Sequence record: SRR31156797_2737 | Strand: one strand, 5' to 3' | DNA length: 35,617 nt | Shown: positions 34,357 through 35,617 of the stretch, in pieces | Position numbering within the stretch: the first letter of the stretch is position 1 | Layout of the letters: each line of letters opens with the position of its first letter | Program-made: the position numbers and the translations under genes | The notes under the pieces: model-generated | What the model was told of the DNA's origin: nothing | Database searches by the model: none | The model's input: only the letters and a program-made list of their open reading frames with translations

Positions 34357-35353
34357 ATTTAAAATATTTCTCCATCCCTTGTGTATACTCAACTTTATAA
34401 GGGTTTTCATCATCACCACTTAAAATGAAATAAGCTTCCAATTCGGGGTTTTGTTCTACAATATCATTTGAAGCATGATAGCCCAAAACCATGAATGCAG
34501 TAGCGTAGGCATCCGCAGTCATACAATCTGGAGCTATAACTGATGCACTTAATAAGCTGTGTTGAACAGGGTAGCCTGTTTTTGGATTAATGGTATGGGC
34601 ATATTTTTTCCCATTTTTAATGTAGAACTGACGATAATTGCCCGATGTTGCCATTGCTGCATTCGATATATGGATAATTTTTTGAAGTTTTCTTTCAGAG
34701 GGTGATTGATCATCAGTTGGCTCATCAATGCCAATTCGCCATGGATTTCCTTGTTCGTTAACTCCTTTAACACGAATTTCGCCTCCTATTTCAACCATGT
34801 AGTTAATAACACCTTGCTTTTCCAATACGAGTGCTGCCATGTCAACAGAATATCCTTTGGCAATGGCACTGGCATCTAATTGTATTACTGCTGTATCTTT
34901 ATGTAGTTTTTTATCAATAATTTGAACTTTCTCATACCCAACATATGATAGTATTTTTTCGATTGATCTGTTATCAGTTCGCTGAGGCTCGGTGAATCCA
35001 AATCCCCAGGCATTGACTAATGGAGCAACAGTCATGTCGAAAGCGCCATGTGTTTCTTTAGCTATTTCATACGCCTTATTGTATACATTCATAAAATGAT
35101 CATCCAATACTACAGAGCTGTCATTTTGATTTATTCGACTTATAACAGAAATGGGATCATAGGTTGAAAGTGATTTGTCTATACGCGCCATTGATTGTTT
35201 GAGCAAATCATGAAGATTTTTATTATTTGGCGATTGGTACGTTATATGGTAGAAAGTGCCGTGTGCCTGACCTTGATTTTTGATGAAAGGTTTCTTTGCT
35301 GGCTGGCATGAAATAAAGGTAGCAATGATGAATAGAATCGATAAGTATTTCAT
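34355..35353 (-). CDS. apbE: FAD:protein FMN transferase (ApbE), lipoprotein
   Basis: Lipobox FISC, GAFDMTVAPL..AWGF, IAKGYSVD, VEIGGE, ATSGNY, HTINPKTG and ADAYATA. Confidence 0.95.
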   Translation of the reverse strand: MKYLSILFIIATFISCQPAKKPFIKNQGQAHGTFYHITYQSPNNKNLHDLLKQSMARIDKSLSTYDPISVISRINQNDSSVVLDDHFMNVYNKAYEIAKETHGAFDMTVAPLVNAWGFGFTEPQRTDNRSIEKILSYVGYEKVQIIDKKLHKDTAVIQLDASAIAKGYSVDMAALVLEKQGVINYMVEIGGEIRVKGVNEQGNPWRIGIDEPTDDQSPSERKLQKIIHISNAAMATSGNYRQFYIKNGKKYAHTINPKTGYPVQHSLLSASVIAPDCMTADAYATAFMVLGYHASNDIVEQNPELEAYFILSGDDENPYKVEYTQGMEKYFK

Positions 35354-35375
35354 TTTTGAACGATTTTAGTTGATG

Positions 35376-35383
35376 CAAAATTA
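35376..35383 (-). promoter_or_regulatory. Bacteroidota -7 promoter element for apbE
   Basis: Minus strand TAATTTTG, 22 bp upstream of the ATG. Confidence 0.55.
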
Positions 35384-35568
35384 GGAACTAATTTGAATAA
35401 TTTGCAAATGAATTTTAATACAAAAATTCTTGATCACATTGATCGTTCGTTTCGATTCTCTCAATCTATCCAACTAGTTATGCAACGAATAGTGTTTCGA
35501 TTCCCACAATTCCTTAGTGAGTTGTTTGCTCAGTGTTGAAGTGCTCAACTAAATTCTGAATTGTCTTA

Positions 35569-35617
35569 ATAATCCTGAAGGGATTATAGCAATAGCCCCG
35601 GGTTTTAACCCGGGGTA
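35569..35617. repeat. REP-like double-hairpin element, truncated by the window end
   Basis: ATAATCCT-gaa-GGGATTAT hairpin, then ATAG followed by CCCCGGGTT-tt-AACCCGGGG. GC-rich palindromes in an AT-rich intergenic region. Confidence 0.6.

Noticed and set aside
1856-34773. Short overlapping ORFs in the track (e.g. 1856-2089, 2532-2717, 4308-4520, 8685-8933, 14913-15134, 17405-17638, 18131-18394, 22645-22965, 32650-33030, 34549-34773)
   Set aside because: They lie antisense or out of frame within well-supported genes and show no recognisable motifs, so they are treated as shadow ORFs.
35449-35560. Degenerate CRISPR array (GTTTCGATTC... resembles some repeat starts)
   Set aside because: Only two 17-bp copies with a 45-bp period, too short for repeat plus spacer, and no third unit.

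Overview
AT-rich bacterial chromosomal segment, inferred to be from an anaerobic or facultative Bacteroidota (Bacteroidales-like), based on a T9SS C-terminal-domain protein, TAnnTTTG promoter motifs, surE-lpxB linkage and heptamer intergenic repeats. In order, it contains: a trimeric NAD(H)-linked [FeFe]-hydrogenase operon whose short beta subunit carries non-bifurcating signatures; an MFSD1-like MFS transporter, a GNAT and a secreted protein, followed by an unannotated degraded paralogue of that secreted protein; an S9 peptidase; a TlpA-like protein with a T9SS cargo gene; a three-gene minus-strand cassette (STAS/SEC14-like protein, bacterial GRAS-domain protein with an intact SAM-binding motif, divergent HisC-like PLP enzyme), which is the most notable element; then a GH13 hydrolase, gcvP, an MBL-fold hydrolase, ndh, sixA, a TPR protein, two M3 (Dcp-like) peptidases, a surE-lpxB-SpoIID operon, an unannotated 54-aa membrane ORF, an M28 peptidase, apbE and a REP-like double hairpin at the right edge. 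No rRNA, tRNA, CRISPR array or transposase was seen. All family assignments come from motif recognition by eye; no database searches were run.
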